Assembly (NCBI GenBank): GCA_965232515.1
Contig: CBDDPY010000002.1
Coordinates: 2,720,001-2,784,000 of the forward strand
Length of the DNA: 64,000 nucleotides
From: Alphaproteobacteria bacterium
Lineage (GTDB): Bacteria; Pseudomonadota; Alphaproteobacteria; GCA-2731375
Direction of reading: 5' to 3'
The notes beneath the pieces are model-generated. The model saw only the letters and a list, made by a program, of their open reading frames with translations, was not told the origin of the DNA and did no database searches. Below, in pieces: positions 1-9,577 of the stretch. Every line of letters starts with the position of its first letter. Within the stretch, counting starts at the first letter, position 1. The position numbers and the translations under genes were made by a program.

Positions 1-1239
1 CAGCGCGAATGCCAACGCCGGCTCGGGGCCGAAGACCAGCCAGAGCGCGAAGGCCGCGACCGCCACGGCGATCACGGCCGGCACGAACACCGCGGCGACG
101 CGGTCGACCAGCTTCTGGATCGGTGCCTGGCTGCGCTGGGCTTCCGCGACCATGGCCACGACCTGGGCCAGCATGGTGTTCTCGCCCACCCGATCGACCC
201 GGAAGACGAAGCTGCCGGTGCCGTTCAGCGTGCCGCCGGTGACGCGATCGTCCGTTGTCTTCTCGACCGGGATCGGTTCGCCGGTCAGCATGCTCTCGTC
301 AACGGCGCTTCTGCCTTCGGTGACAACACCGTCGAGCGCGATCCGGTCGCCCGGCCGTACGCGCAACAGATCGCCGATGCCGATGTCGTCGACCGGCACC
401 TCCTCCTCCACGCCGTCGGATCGCACCCGGCGCGCGGTCTCCGGCGCGAGCCGCAGCAGGGCACGGATCGCGCCGCCGGTGCGCTCGCGCGCCCGCAGCT
501 CGAGCACCTGGCCCAGCAGCACGAGGGCGACGATGACGGCGGCGCTTTCGTAGTAGACGGGAACCAGGCCGAGTGATGTGCGCATGGCGTCGGGGAAGGC
601 GCCCGGCGCCACGGTGGCGACCAGGGAATAGAGGTAAGCCGCGCCGGTGCCAACCGCGATCAACGTGAACATGTTGAGATTGCCGGTCCGGATCGAGGCC
701 CAGCCGCGTTGAAAGAACGGCCAGCCGCCCCAGAGCAGGACCGGTGTTGCGAAGACGAACTGCAGCAAGGGATTGACCGCCGGCGGCACCACCCGGTCAA
801 TCGGCAAGGCGAACAGGTGCTGGCCCATCTCCATGACCAGCAGCGGCAGCGACAGAACCAGGCTGACCCAGAACCGGCGGGTCATATCAATCAGTTCGGG
901 ATTCGGGCCCTCGTCGGCGGCCGGGATGCCCATGGGCTCGAGTGCCATGCCGCAAAGCGGGCAGGAATCCGGCCCTTCGGTAACGACCTCGGGGTGCATC
1001 GGGCAGGTGTAGCGTGTGCCCGCCGGCGCCGGTTCGGCGGCATCGCCCGCGCCATGCAGATATTTGTCCGGATCGCCGACGAACTTGCCCCGGCAATGCG
1101 CCGAGCAGAAGTGATATGTCTCGCCGTCATGGCGGGCCGAATGGGGCGACGTGTGCGGATCGACCTGCATGCCGCAGACGGGATCGTCTACAACCTCGGT
1201 CGCGGTCTCGGATTCCGATATGTGCGCTTGTTCCACCAT
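1..1239 (-). CDS. copA: Heavy-metal (Cu+) translocating P1B-type ATPase, N-terminal part (runs off window start)
   Basis: Manual translation (not in ORF track): [32 protein letters not shown] (YHS domain), [41 protein letters not shown] actuator motif; CueR-type promoter upstream. Confidence 0.9.
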   Translation of the reverse strand, partial: MVEQAHISESETATEVVDDPVCGMQVDPHTSPHSARHDGETYHFCSAHCRGKFVGDPDKYLHGAGDAAEPAPAGTRYTCPMHPEVVTEGPDSCPLCGMALEPMGIPAADEGPNPELIDMTRRFWVSLVLSLPLLVMEMGQHLFALPIDRVVPPAVNPLLQFVFATPVLLWGGWPFFQRGWASIRTGNLNMFTLIAVGTGAAYLYSLVATVAPGAFPDAMRTSLGLVPVYYESAAVIVALVLLGQVLELRARERTGGAIRALLRLAPETARRVRSDGVEEEVPVDDIGIGDLLRVRPGDRIALDGVVTEGRSAVDESMLTGEPIPVEKTTDDRVTGGTLNGTGSFVFRVDRVGENTMLAQVVAMVAEAQRSQAPIQKLVDRVAAVFVPAVIAVAVAAFALWLVFGPEPALAFAL

Positions 1240-1249
1240 TGGCAGCCTC

Positions 1250-1280
1250 GACATAGGCATTCCAGTCACTGGAAGGTCAA
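1250..1280 (-). promoter_or_regulatory. MerR/CueR-type promoter and operator of copA
   Basis: Minus strand TTGACC-N19-TATGTC with perfect dyad TTCCAGT-G-ACTGGAA (1260-1274) in the 19-bp spacer. Confidence 0.85.
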
Positions 1281-1402
1281 GAGAACAACAGGATGGCGCT
1301 CATTTCTATTGCGTTAGGCACGCCAACCAGCCACTAACCGGGTTCATGTCATCAATCCGGCCGCGCCGCCACATGTCCTGAGCCGGCAACCAGGAATTCG
1401 TT

Positions 1403-2299
1403 TTGTCCTCTCAACGGACCGTCGATAGCTACGACTATCTGCTGCTGGTGCTGCTTGCCTTCGGCTGGGGGTCGAGCTTTCTGGCCATCAAGCTGGCGGT
1501 CGACAGCGTGTCGCCGGCAACCATCACGCTGGGGCGCATGGCGATCAGCGCCGGTTTCCTGTTCCTGCTGGTGAAGCGCCAGGGGCAGGCCTTGCCGACG
1601 GACGCCGTGATCTGGTGGTGCCTCGCCGGTGTCGCGCTGTTCGGCAACGCGCTGCCGTTCTTCCTGATCGCGGCGGCGGAGGAACATGTCGACAGCGGCC
1701 TTGCCGCGATTTTGATCGGCGCGACGCCGCTGTTCACCATCCTGCTGGCGCATCGCTTCACGTCGGACGAAAAGCTGACGCCGCAGCGGCTGATCGGCGT
1801 GGGCATCGGCTTTCTCGGGCTGATCGCGCTTGTGGGTTGGGACGTGCTTCGGGGGCTGGGTGAGGATCTGGGCGCACAAGTCCTGCTGCTGGCGGCGGCG
1901 CTCAGCTTCGCCATTAATGCGGTCGTGGCGCGCCGCATGCCGCCGCAGCCGCATCTGGTCAGCAGCTTCGCCGTCAGCCTGTGCGCCACCGTCATGCTGT
2001 TTCCGTTCGCCGTGGCGACCGACGGTATGTCGGCGCCGGCGCCGGACTGGCCGGCGGTGCTCGGCATCGTCTGGCTCGGCCTGGTGTCGACGGCGGGCGC
2101 CACGATCGCCTTCTTCGCGCTGATCCGGCGCGCCGGCGCCGGCTTTACGGCGCAGGGCAATTACCTGGTCCCGATGATCGCCGTCATGTTGGGGGTTTTG
2201 GTACTGGGCGAACAGCCGGCCTGGAACCAGCTCGCCGCGCTGGCATTGATTCTGCTGGGGATTTTCGTCGCCAACCTCAGTCCGTCCCGTCGTCGATGA
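1403..2299 (+). CDS. DMT/EamA family transporter
   Basis: About 10 hydrophobic helices, WGSSFLAIK, SGLAAIL, LVLGE motifs; TTG start uncertain. Confidence 0.85.
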   Translation: MSSQRTVDSYDYLLLVLLAFGWGSSFLAIKLAVDSVSPATITLGRMAISAGFLFLLVKRQGQALPTDAVIWWCLAGVALFGNALPFFLIAAAEEHVDSGLAAILIGATPLFTILLAHRFTSDEKLTPQRLIGVGIGFLGLIALVGWDVLRGLGEDLGAQVLLLAAALSFAINAVVARRMPPQPHLVSSFAVSLCATVMLFPFAVATDGMSAPAPDWPAVLGIVWLGLVSTAGATIAFFALIRRAGAGFTAQGNYLVPMIAVMLGVLVLGEQPAWNQLAALALILLGIFVANLSPSRRR

Positions 2300-2909
2300 C
2301 CCTGATGCCTAAGGGCTTCAGTCGGCCGTCGTTGACGGGGCCGATTTCGCGCGGACAGCAGGAAATGGCGCCGAGGATGTCCATCTCGGCCCGGAGGTCG
2401 ATGTGGTCGCCCTTCTCGGCCGTCGGCGGCAGGATCGTGAACCGGCCATCGGGCTCGATCTCGACATTCATGAAGCAGTTGAAGACGTCGACGATGTCGT
2501 CGCCGACGATGCCGTAGGGCGCCAGCGCCTCGGCCAGGTTTTCCTGGCACGAGCGATGGTCGTGATCGTTGTCGCGCATTTCGTAGAGCCGCCGGCTGCA
2601 GCGGCCGCCCATGCTGCCGAAATGGTTGCCCACGGTGTCCTCGATCACCGTCAGCATGACATTTTCGCGCGGCGGCTTGGAGTAGAAATGCTTGTAGTTG
2701 CGCCCAGTACCCATGCCCAGCATGACGTTGATCGCCCAGGTCTGGCCGACGTGAAAGCTCTCGCGGAAATCGTGCGCGTTGAAGAAGGCGACGTCGCCGA
2801 CCTGCCGGCCCTCGACCTGATAGATCTGCAGGATCTGGCCGCGCTTTACCTCGAAGGCGCCGCCGTGGCCGGCCGGCACCTCGAATTCCTTGATGATCTG
2901 TCTGGCCAT
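2277..2909 (-). CDS. DUF1989 / urea carboxylase-associated family protein
   Basis: VPAGHGGAFEVKRGQILQI..EGRQVGD, GGRCS, SCQENL, FNCFMNV, GDHIDLRAEMD..SCCP; start set at MARQII. Confidence 0.85.
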   Translation of the reverse strand: MARQIIKEFEVPAGHGGAFEVKRGQILQIYQVEGRQVGDVAFFNAHDFRESFHVGQTWAINVMLGMGTGRNYKHFYSKPPRENVMLTVIEDTVGNHFGSMGGRCSRRLYEMRDNDHDHRSCQENLAEALAPYGIVGDDIVDVFNCFMNVEIEPDGRFTILPPTAEKGDHIDLRAEMDILGAISCCPREIGPVNDGRLKPLGIRVIDDGTD

Positions 2910-2951
2910 TGCCGAACCTCCCGTTGACCGAGAGGTTAGCACGGCCGGCGA

Positions 2952-3236
2952 TCAGTCGCGGTCGAGATACATCCACCAGACCGGGCGCGGCGGCTGGCCG
3001 CGCTCCGGCTCGCGTGCCATGGCCCGGACCTTCCAGCCGTCCGCATAGAGATCGGCCAACGACGTGCGCCGACCTTCGTTGCTGCCGGGGAAGATGCAGG
3101 ACAGCGAGGTCGCCGGCACCGGCGGCTGCAGGCCGGTGCTGGAGCAGCGCATGACCTCGGCCGCCGACGCAGTGAACGCGGTCGCTGCGGCGAGCAGGCC
3201 GCCCAGCAGCAACGGCGCTAGGAGACGGCGTGCCAT
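2952..3236 (-). CDS. Small exported hypothetical protein
   Basis: Signal peptide (MARRLLAPLLLGG..ASA), two Cys, fills gap in co-oriented run; overlaps upstream gene by 19 bp. Confidence 0.55.
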   Translation of the reverse strand: MARRLLAPLLLGGLLAAATAFTASAAEVMRCSSTGLQPPVPATSLSCIFPGSNEGRRTSLADLYADGWKVRAMAREPERGQPPRPVWWMYLDRD

Positions 3237-4546
3237 TGGCCGTCAACGCCCAGGAACTCGGCGCCGTCGTTGCGATAGAAGCTGTCGGCGCCGGCGTCCT
3301 GCAGGACGGCGAGCATCTTCGGCAGCGGCTTGCCCTCGGCCTTGAGACGGTCGATGACCTTGGCCGGGCCGAGCGCGTCCAGCATCTCGAACGGGCCCTG
3401 GCGCCAGGCAAAGCCCCAGCGCATGGCCCGGTCGACATTGACGATATCGTCGGCGATGTCCGGCACGAGATCGGCCGCATAAAGCAGCGTCGCGCCCATT
3501 ACCCGCCAGGCGAAGCGGCCGAGGGCATCGTCCGCCATGAGCAGGCCAGGAAGCGTCTGGTGGTCGGCGTCGAGCGCGGCGGTGGCGGCGTCGCGCCAGT
3601 CCTCGGTGCCGAGATCGAAGGTTTCCTTCAGGCGGCCGCCGTCGTCGGTCTTGCGCATGCGGTAGAAACCGCCGCCCGCCTTGCGGCCGAGCTGGCCGCG
3701 GCCGTGCATGGCCTCGATCTTCGGCGGGAACGACGCGTATTGCCGGCCGACATCGTCGGCGCCGAGATTGGCGGCAAGGTTCTCCGCCACCAGGTGCATG
3801 ACGTCGAGCCCGATCAGGTCGACCAGGCCGAACAGGCCCGTCGCCGGCACCCCGACGGGCGCGCTCATGGCCGCATCGATGTCCTCGATGGTCAGGCCCT
3901 CGGCGAAGGCCTTGTCGGCCTCGTGCAGGCCGGCCAGCATCCAGAAGCAGCCGATGCGGTTGGCGATGAAGTTGACCGTGTCTTTGGCCCAGACCACGCC
4001 CTTGCCGAGGCCGCCGTCGATGAATTGGGCCAAGCCGTCGATCACCTCCGCCTCGGTGTCCTCGCCGGGCACCAGCTCGACCAGCTTCATGACCTTGACG
4101 GGATTGAAGAAGTGGGTGACGGCGATGTCGCGGCGAAGGCGCTCGGGCATGCCGGCGGCGATGTCCTTCAGCGGGATGCCGCTCGTGTTGGTGGACAGAA
4201 CAGAGCCGTCGCGGCGCGCCGCCTCCAACCGCTCGAACAGGCCGCGCTTGATCTCCAGGTTCTCGGCCACGGCCTCGACGATCAGGTCGTAGTCGGCGAC
4301 CTTGGCGATGTCGTCCTCGAAATTGCCGACCGCGATCCGCTCGGCGTCGGCGGCATCGTCGAGTGCCGCCGGCTTGCCGTTCACCATCCGGTCCTTGGCG
4401 CCAAGCGCGATGGCGTTGCGGTCGCCCTCCTTGGCCGGCAGGTCCAGCAGCAGCACGTCGAAGCCCTTGGAGGCGCAATGCGCGGCGATGCCGGCGCCCA
4501 TGGTGCCGGCGCCCATCACGGCGACCGATTTGATCTCGCGTGCCAT
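3218..4546 (-). CDS. 3-hydroxyacyl-CoA dehydrogenase (FadN-like, no hydratase domain)
   Basis: GAGTMGAGIA NAD motif, IVEAVAENLEIK, STNTSG, HFFNPV, FIANRI, GQLGRKAGGGFY, MRWGFAWRQGPFE. Confidence 0.9.
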   Translation of the reverse strand: MAREIKSVAVMGAGTMGAGIAAHCASKGFDVLLLDLPAKEGDRNAIALGAKDRMVNGKPAALDDAADAERIAVGNFEDDIAKVADYDLIVEAVAENLEIKRGLFERLEAARRDGSVLSTNTSGIPLKDIAAGMPERLRRDIAVTHFFNPVKVMKLVELVPGEDTEAEVIDGLAQFIDGGLGKGVVWAKDTVNFIANRIGCFWMLAGLHEADKAFAEGLTIEDIDAAMSAPVGVPATGLFGLVDLIGLDVMHLVAENLAANLGADDVGRQYASFPPKIEAMHGRGQLGRKAGGGFYRMRKTDDGGRLKETFDLGTEDWRDAATAALDADHQTLPGLLMADDALGRFAWRVMGATLLYAADLVPDIADDIVNVDRAMRWGFAWRQGPFEMLDALGPAKVIDRLKAEGKPLPKMLAVLQDAGADSFYRNDGAEFLGVDGQWHAVS

Positions 4547-4551
4547 CCCCT

Positions 4552-4803
4552 TCACTCCATGCCCAGCGCGTGCTTGTAGGTGTCCAGCAGCGCGTCCTGT
4601 TCCTGCAACTCGGCCGTGTCCAGCTTCCGCAGCTTGATCACCTGGCGCATGATCTTCGGATCGAAACCGACGCCCTTGGCCTCGGAATAAATCTCACGGA
4701 CATCGGCGGCCAGCGCCGCCTTTTCCTCTTCCAACCGCTCGATGCGCTCGATGAAGCTCCGCAAGCGATCCGCTGCAATGCCGCCAACGTCGGCCATGGC
4801 CAT
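4552..4803 (-). CDS. gapR: DUF2312 nucleoid-associated protein GapR
   Basis: [52 protein letters not shown] signature. Confidence 0.92.
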   Translation of the reverse strand: MAMADVGGIAADRLRSFIERIERLEEEKAALAADVREIYSEAKGVGFDPKIMRQVIKLRKLDTAELQEQDALLDTYKHALGME

Positions 4804-4936
4804 GCGCTCCCTGATGACTGAATACGTGTCGCCGATGACAATATGATGTCCCGCCGGTCGGCCCGGCCGGGTCGCGAACATACTCAGATCAGGGCATCCG
4901 CGCAACGCGCAGAAATGGCCTGCGCGGACTAACCGA

Positions 4937-5257
<321 letters not shown>

Positions 5258-5310
5258 CACATCCTCCTGAATCGGCGCCCTACGGTCATATAGGCGGTCA
5301 CGAGCCGGCC

Positions 5311-6447
5311 TCAAAGATCCCGCACGGTCTCCTCGATCAGCCAGTCGACAACGGCATGCAGCGCCGCCTGCTTGTCGCCGCCCTCGTCCAGCGTCCGCTG
5401 ATAGATCGCGCGCTGGCTCTGGGCGCTGGTGCCACGCGCAATGATGTCGCGGGCGTTCTCGACCTCCTCGACGCAACCGAAGCGTTCGGCGTCGTCGCGG
5501 ACCAGGTCAAGAACTTCGTCGATCAGATCGGCCAGCGGCACCTGCTCGCCGCTGCCGAAATCGATCAGCGTGTCGGTCGGCCCGTAACGTTGTGCCCGCC
5601 AGCGGTTCTCCTGCACGCAGATCAACGGGTAGATGCGCCAGCGCTGGTTCATCAGGCGCAGACGGTAGAGCATGCTGATGATGCAGCGGTAGAGCGCGGC
5701 AATGGTGACGGTGTCGTCGAGGCGGGTGCAGATGTCGGTCATCCGCATCTCCAGCGTCGGGAACCGGCAGCTCGGCCGCACGTCCCACCAGATCTTCGAG
5801 CCGTCCTCGATCAGGTTGGCGCCGACGAGGCGCGAGACCAGCCGCTCGTACTCGCCGTAGGAATCGAACCGTTCCGGCACGCCGGTGCGTGGCAGCGCGT
5901 CGAACACGGTGAGGCGATAGGACATGAGGCCGGTGTCCTCGCCCTGCCAGAACGGCGACGAGGTGCTGAGCGCCAGCAGATGCGGCAGGAAATAGCTGAC
6001 CTGGTTCATCACATCGACGCGCAGGTCTTCCGGCTCGATGGCGCAATGCACGTGCATGCCGCAGATCAGCAGCCGGCGGACGACGCCGGCGAGATCGCGG
6101 GCGAGGTCGTCGTAGCGGTCCTTCTGCGTATGTTGCTGGGCCTGCCAGTTGGCGAACGGGTGCGTGGAGGCGGCGATCGGCGCCAGGCCGTGCTTGTCGG
6201 CGACCTCGGCGACGGTCGCGCGCAGAACGGCCAGATCCTTGCGGGCGTCGGCCACCGTGGCGCAGACCCGGGTGCCGACCTCGATCTGCGACTTCAGGAA
6301 TTCGGGCGTGACCTGGCCCTGCAGCCGCTTCTCGCATTCGTCCATCAGCGACGGCGGCGGCTCGACGGCGAGATCCCGTGTCTTGCGATCGACCAGGAGG
6401 TATTCCTCCTCGATGCCGATGGTGAAGGACGGCTGCTGGATCGACAT
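5311..6447 (-). CDS. Carboxylate-amine ligase (glutamate-cysteine ligase family 2, YbdK-like)
   Basis: FTIGIEEEYLLVD, QIEVGT, ASTHPF, ICGMHVH, SSPFWQGEDTG..SYR, WWDVRPS..FPTLEMR, ENRWRAQRYG. Confidence 0.9.
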   Translation of the reverse strand: MSIQQPSFTIGIEEEYLLVDRKTRDLAVEPPPSLMDECEKRLQGQVTPEFLKSQIEVGTRVCATVADARKDLAVLRATVAEVADKHGLAPIAASTHPFANWQAQQHTQKDRYDDLARDLAGVVRRLLICGMHVHCAIEPEDLRVDVMNQVSYFLPHLLALSTSSPFWQGEDTGLMSYRLTVFDALPRTGVPERFDSYGEYERLVSRLVGANLIEDGSKIWWDVRPSCRFPTLEMRMTDICTRLDDTVTIAALYRCIISMLYRLRLMNQRWRIYPLICVQENRWRAQRYGPTDTLIDFGSGEQVPLADLIDEVLDLVRDDAERFGCVEEVENARDIIARGTSAQSQRAIYQRTLDEGGDKQAALHAVVDWLIEETVRDL

Positions 6448-6449
6448 GG

Positions 6450-7256
6450 CTATTTCGGCTCCAGGCGGTAGAGGTCGGCTTCGGCCAGCACCGGCCTGAG
6501 CGCGGCGAACAGGATATGCGCCCAGCTCTCGGCGCCGTGATGGGTATCGATCAGGTCCTGCCGGACCTCGAACACGGCCATCGGCAGGCCGCGCACGTGC
6601 CCGTAGACATGGATCGCATAGCCACGCGGATCGTCGCCGGTATAGGGCTCGTTGTCGCCGACGGTGAGCGCCGGGTTGCGTCGCAGCTCGTCGACCAGCG
6701 GGGCGGCCATGCGCCGGTCCACGGCCGACAGCAGCCCGACATGCCAGGGCCGCTCGAAGCCGTTCATGACGGGCGTGAAGCTGTGCACCGAGATCACGGC
6801 CGGCACCACGCCGCGGGCAGCGAACTGGTCGAGGCGGCGCTCGACCTCACGGTGATAGGGAATGAAATGGCGCTCGATGCGGCGGCGCTTTTCGGCCGCG
6901 TCGACATCGCTGTTGCCGGGGATGACGATGCCGTCGCTGATCGCCGGAATGAGGCTGGGGTCGTCGTGCGGCCGGTTGCAGTCGACCACCAGGCGCGAGG
7001 TGCCGCACAGCACCGCCGGCGCGTCCAGCAGGCCGGCGAGGCGCCGGGTCACATCGGCGGCGCCGATGTCCCAGGCGATGTGCCGCTGCAGCAAGCTGTC
7101 GTCGAGCCCGAGCGAGTCGTATTCCGGCGGCACGACGCGGCTGGCGTGATCGCAGATCAGCAGCGCCCGCGCCGCGCCGTCCGGATTGGCCAGCTCGAAG
7201 GCCGGCGCGACGGCCGCGGCCGCATCGGCCGTGGGCGTGGCGATATCATCCAACAT
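6450..7256 (-). CDS. N-formylglutamate amidohydrolase family protein
   Basis: CDHAS, HIAWDIGA, SRLVVDCNR, PYH, SVHSFTP, VGDNEPY, EVRQDLI. Confidence 0.9.
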   Translation of the reverse strand: MLDDIATPTADAAAAVAPAFELANPDGAARALLICDHASRVVPPEYDSLGLDDSLLQRHIAWDIGAADVTRRLAGLLDAPAVLCGTSRLVVDCNRPHDDPSLIPAISDGIVIPGNSDVDAAEKRRRIERHFIPYHREVERRLDQFAARGVVPAVISVHSFTPVMNGFERPWHVGLLSAVDRRMAAPLVDELRRNPALTVGDNEPYTGDDPRGYAIHVYGHVRGLPMAVFEVRQDLIDTHHGAESWAHILFAALRPVLAEADLYRLEPK

Positions 7257-7319
7257 GGCTGGAACTATATACCGCGGCGAAATGGCACGGGAAGCGCGCA
7301 GCCACCCGACGGGCCGGCG

Positions 7320-8150
7320 CTAGTCGGGCCTGCGGCCGCCGATGGCTTCCGTGATCCGCGCGGCCGTGCGGCCAACCAGCTCGCCCAGCTTGGGCACGCG
7401 GTCATGCGCGATGCGCGCGGACGGTCCGGTGAGCGACACGGCGGCGACGGCGTCGCCGTTCTCGTCGTAGACGGCCGCCGCGACGCAGCGCATGCCGAGC
7501 GCCTGCTCCTCGTCGTCCACGGCAAAGCCCGCCTCGCGCACGCGGGCCAGCTCGGCCGCGAAATCGTCGATCGTGGTCAACGTCTTGGGCGTCATGCGCG
7601 GCAGCCCGGTCCGGGTCAGCAGGCGTTCGACATTCCGCTTCGGCAGCGCCGCCAGCAGCGCCTTGCCGACACCGGAGCAATGCGCCGGCGGCCGGGCGCC
7701 CGGCAGGGCGTGCGCGCGCATCACCTGCCGGCATTCGACCTGACTGAGATAGACCGGCTCGTCATGGTCGAGCACGGCGAGGTTCACCGACTCGCCCGCC
7801 TCCTCCATCAGCTCGCGCATGAACGGCCGGGCGATGGCGACGATGTCCCGTGCCCTGACAAACGCGCTGCCGACGGTGAACGCCTTGACGCCGACGAACC
7901 AGAGGCCGCGCTCGGCGTCCTGGTCGACGTAACCCATCTGCTCGAGGCTCTTCAGCAGACGGTGCGCGGTCGACGGCGCCAGACCGACGTCCTGGGCGAG
8001 ATCGGTAAGCGTGACGCCATGCTCGTGCTCGGACACGCGGTCCAGCAGCGTCAGCGCCCGCACAAGGGACTGGACCTGGCCGGATTCCTTGCCCGTCGCG
8101 CCCATCGACGGGCGTCCGCGGCGTTTTGACGGTGTGTCAATTGTGGCCAT
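7320..8150 (-). CDS. IclR family transcriptional regulator (BhcR/AllR-like)
   Basis: VQSLVRALTLL HTH, STAHRLL, GESVNLA, HCSGVGKALLA, GFAVDDEEQALGMRCVAA; start at MATIDT after AGGA. Confidence 0.9.
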   Translation of the reverse strand: MATIDTPSKRRGRPSMGATGKESGQVQSLVRALTLLDRVSEHEHGVTLTDLAQDVGLAPSTAHRLLKSLEQMGYVDQDAERGLWFVGVKAFTVGSAFVRARDIVAIARPFMRELMEEAGESVNLAVLDHDEPVYLSQVECRQVMRAHALPGARPPAHCSGVGKALLAALPKRNVERLLTRTGLPRMTPKTLTTIDDFAAELARVREAGFAVDDEEQALGMRCVAAAVYDENGDAVAAVSLTGPSARIAHDRVPKLGELVGRTAARITEAIGGRRPD

Positions 8151-8169
8151 CTGGTCCTGCATTATTGCT

Positions 8170-8199
8170 ATTGGGAACCTCGTTTTCGCCATTGGGAAC
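8170..8199. promoter_or_regulatory. Candidate IclR operator in divergent iclR/glycerate kinase promoter
   Basis: ATTGGGAAC direct repeat at 8170-8178 and 8191-8199 (21-bp period); 8181-8198 matches 30570-30587 at 14/18. Confidence 0.5.
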
Positions 8200-8247
8200 T
8201 TATGGCAGCATCGTTATATACTCAAAAGTACGAGTAGGTTGAGGGCC

Positions 8248-9495
8248 ATGCACGACAATCCAGCAGAGTTGCTGCGCGCGATGTTCGACGTCGCGGTGGC
8301 GACGGCGGATCCCGCTGTCTGTGTTCCACCGCATCTGCCGCGCGCGCCGAAGGGCCGGGCGGTTGTCCTGGGCGCCGGCAAAGCGGCCGCCAGCATGGCC
8401 AAAGCCGTCGAGGACAACTGGTCGGCGCCGGTCGAAGGCCTGGTCGTGACCCGTTATGGCCACAGTATGCCGACCGAGCGGATCGAGGTCGTGGAGGCGG
8501 CGCACCCGGTGCCCGATACCGCCGGCCTGGAAGCCGCGCGCCGCATGCTGGAGATCGCCCTTGGTCTGGGTGAGGACGACCTGGCGCTGGTGCTGATCTC
8601 GGGCGGCGGGTCGGCGCTGATGACGCTGCCGGCGGCCGGCATCAGCCTCGAGGACAAGCAGGCGGTGAACCGGGCGCTGCTGAAGTCAGGCGCGCCGATT
8701 GATGAGATGAACACGGTGCGCAAGCATCTGTCGGCCATCAAGGGCGGCCGGCTGGCCGCCGCCGCGGCGCCGGCCCAGGTCCTGACGCTTTCGATCTCGG
8801 ACGTGCCCGGCGACGACCCGGCCGTGATCGCGTCGGGACCGACGGTACCCGACCCAACGACATTCGCCGATGCCCGCGCGATTTTGGAGAAGTACGGCAT
8901 CGAGCCGCCGGAGAGCGTGGCGCGATTCCTGTCCAGCGCCGCGGAAGAAACGCCCAAACCGGGCGATCCGCGCTTGAGCAGAGCCGTCAACAAGATCGTC
9001 GCCACGCCGGGCAAGGTGCTTTCGGTGGCAGCCGAGGCGGCCTGGGCCGCCGACTACGAGGTCGAGATCCTGGGCGACGACCTGGAGGGCGAGGCCCGCG
9101 TTCTGGGCGCCGAGCATGCGGCGCTGGCGCAGGACCGCAACCGGGCCGTGGTGCTGCTGTCGGGCGGAGAAACCACGGTGACCGTGGCCGGCGACGGGCG
9201 CGGCGGCCGCAATGTCGAATACCTTCTGGGGATGGCACTGGCGCTGGACGGCGCCGCCGGCATCCACGCGATCGCCTGCGACACCGACGGCATCGACGGC
9301 ACCGAGGACAATGCCGGCGCCATGATCGGCCCCGACACGCTTGCGCGCGCGGCCGAGTTGGGTCTGAACGCCGAGGCGATGCTGGCCAACAACGATGCCT
9401 ACAGCTTCTTCGATGCGCTGGGCGATCTGGTGACAACAGGCCCAACGCTGACGAACGTCAACGACTTCCGCGCGATCCTCATCGATCCGAGCTAA
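8248..9495 (+). CDS. Glycerate 2-kinase (MOFRL/TtuD family)
   Basis: GAGKAAASMA, LISGGGSAL, VRKHLSAIKGGRLA, ISDVPGDD..IASGPT, GGETTV, DTDGIDG, TGPTLTNVNDFRAIL. Confidence 0.92.
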   Translation: MHDNPAELLRAMFDVAVATADPAVCVPPHLPRAPKGRAVVLGAGKAAASMAKAVEDNWSAPVEGLVVTRYGHSMPTERIEVVEAAHPVPDTAGLEAARRMLEIALGLGEDDLALVLISGGGSALMTLPAAGISLEDKQAVNRALLKSGAPIDEMNTVRKHLSAIKGGRLAAAAAPAQVLTLSISDVPGDDPAVIASGPTVPDPTTFADARAILEKYGIEPPESVARFLSSAAEETPKPGDPRLSRAVNKIVATPGKVLSVAAEAAWAADYEVEILGDDLEGEARVLGAEHAALAQDRNRAVVLLSGGETTVTVAGDGRGGRNVEYLLGMALALDGAAGIHAIACDTDGIDGTEDNAGAMIGPDTLARAAELGLNAEAMLANNDAYSFFDALGDLVTTGPTLTNVNDFRAILIDPS

Positions 9496-9577
9496 GACGC
9501 TAGCTCACAAGAAGTTTTTCGCCTTCGGTGCGTGTGGCCGCTGGCGCGATATGGTCGCGCGGCTTAAGGTGGCGGCG

